A stretch of DNA of 63,735 bases, counting the filler, from Octopus bimaculoides (Eukaryota), in assembly GCF_001194135.2 (NCBI RefSeq). It is 6 parts of 5 records of this genome, joined end to end, with 100 filler letters (N's around TTAATTAATTAA, not from the genome) between each part and the next. Parts side by side here need not be neighbours in the genome. Positions count along the whole stretch, not along the records: positions 61,345 to 63,735 come from NC_068991.1; 5 more parts are not named here. One strand, 5' to 3'. The position numbers and the translations under genes are program-made. This document shows positions 63,591-63,735 of this stretch, piece by piece; position 1 is the first letter of the stretch; every line of letters starts with the position of its first letter. The notes under the pieces were generated by a model. The model was not told the origin of the DNA. It worked only from the letters and a program-made list of their open reading frames with translations, and ran no database searches.

Positions 63591-63735
63591 GGTTGTGTGG
63601 TAAGAAATTTGCTTCCCAGGTTCCGGTTTCAGTCGCTCTGCGAGAGACTTTGGGCAAGTGTGTTCTACTATTGCCTCGGGCCAGCCAAAGCCTTGTAAGT
63701 GGATTTGGTAGGTAGAAACTGAAAGAAGCTCGTCG
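63589..63735 (+). mobile_element. SINE family A head, runs off the window end
   Basis: atggttgtgtggtaagaaatttgcttcccaggttccggtttcagtc...ttgggcaagtg...aaagccttgtaagtggatttggtag. Confidence 0.82.

Overview
Repeat-rich, AT-rich eukaryotic DNA. The SINE, RTE and microsatellite content looks like an octopus (coleoid cephalopod) genome; this is an inference from recalled repeat families. One multi-exon gene can be reconstructed on the + strand with phase-consistent GT-AG junctions: exons 8507-8600, 10666-10897, 12228-12343, 15940-16047, 16846-17813, 19247-19357, 21563-21733 and 22454-22621. It encodes an FSIP1-like coiled-coil protein whose 968-bp fifth exon carries a 28-aa tandem repeat. Its first and last exons are not securely located. 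A separate phase 1-1 Ig (C2-type) exon lies at 44254-44574. The rest is mostly decayed mobile DNA: Penelope-like elements, RTE LINEs, Dong/R4-type non-LTR elements, a Ty3/gypsy fragment, DD37D-type and other mariners, piggyBac-type and foldback MITEs, and at least four tRNA-derived SINE families. The most notable items are a tRNA-headed SINE carrying a decayed hammerhead-ribozyme core (25460-25712), two further hammerhead-like remnants, and an inverted duplication inside a mariner with a sharp identity step (57.5-59.3 kb). Five 100-bp gaps contain an artificial TTAATTAATTAA linker, so adjacency across them is uncertain. No database search was run; family names rest on recalled motifs, and most repeat boundaries are approximate.
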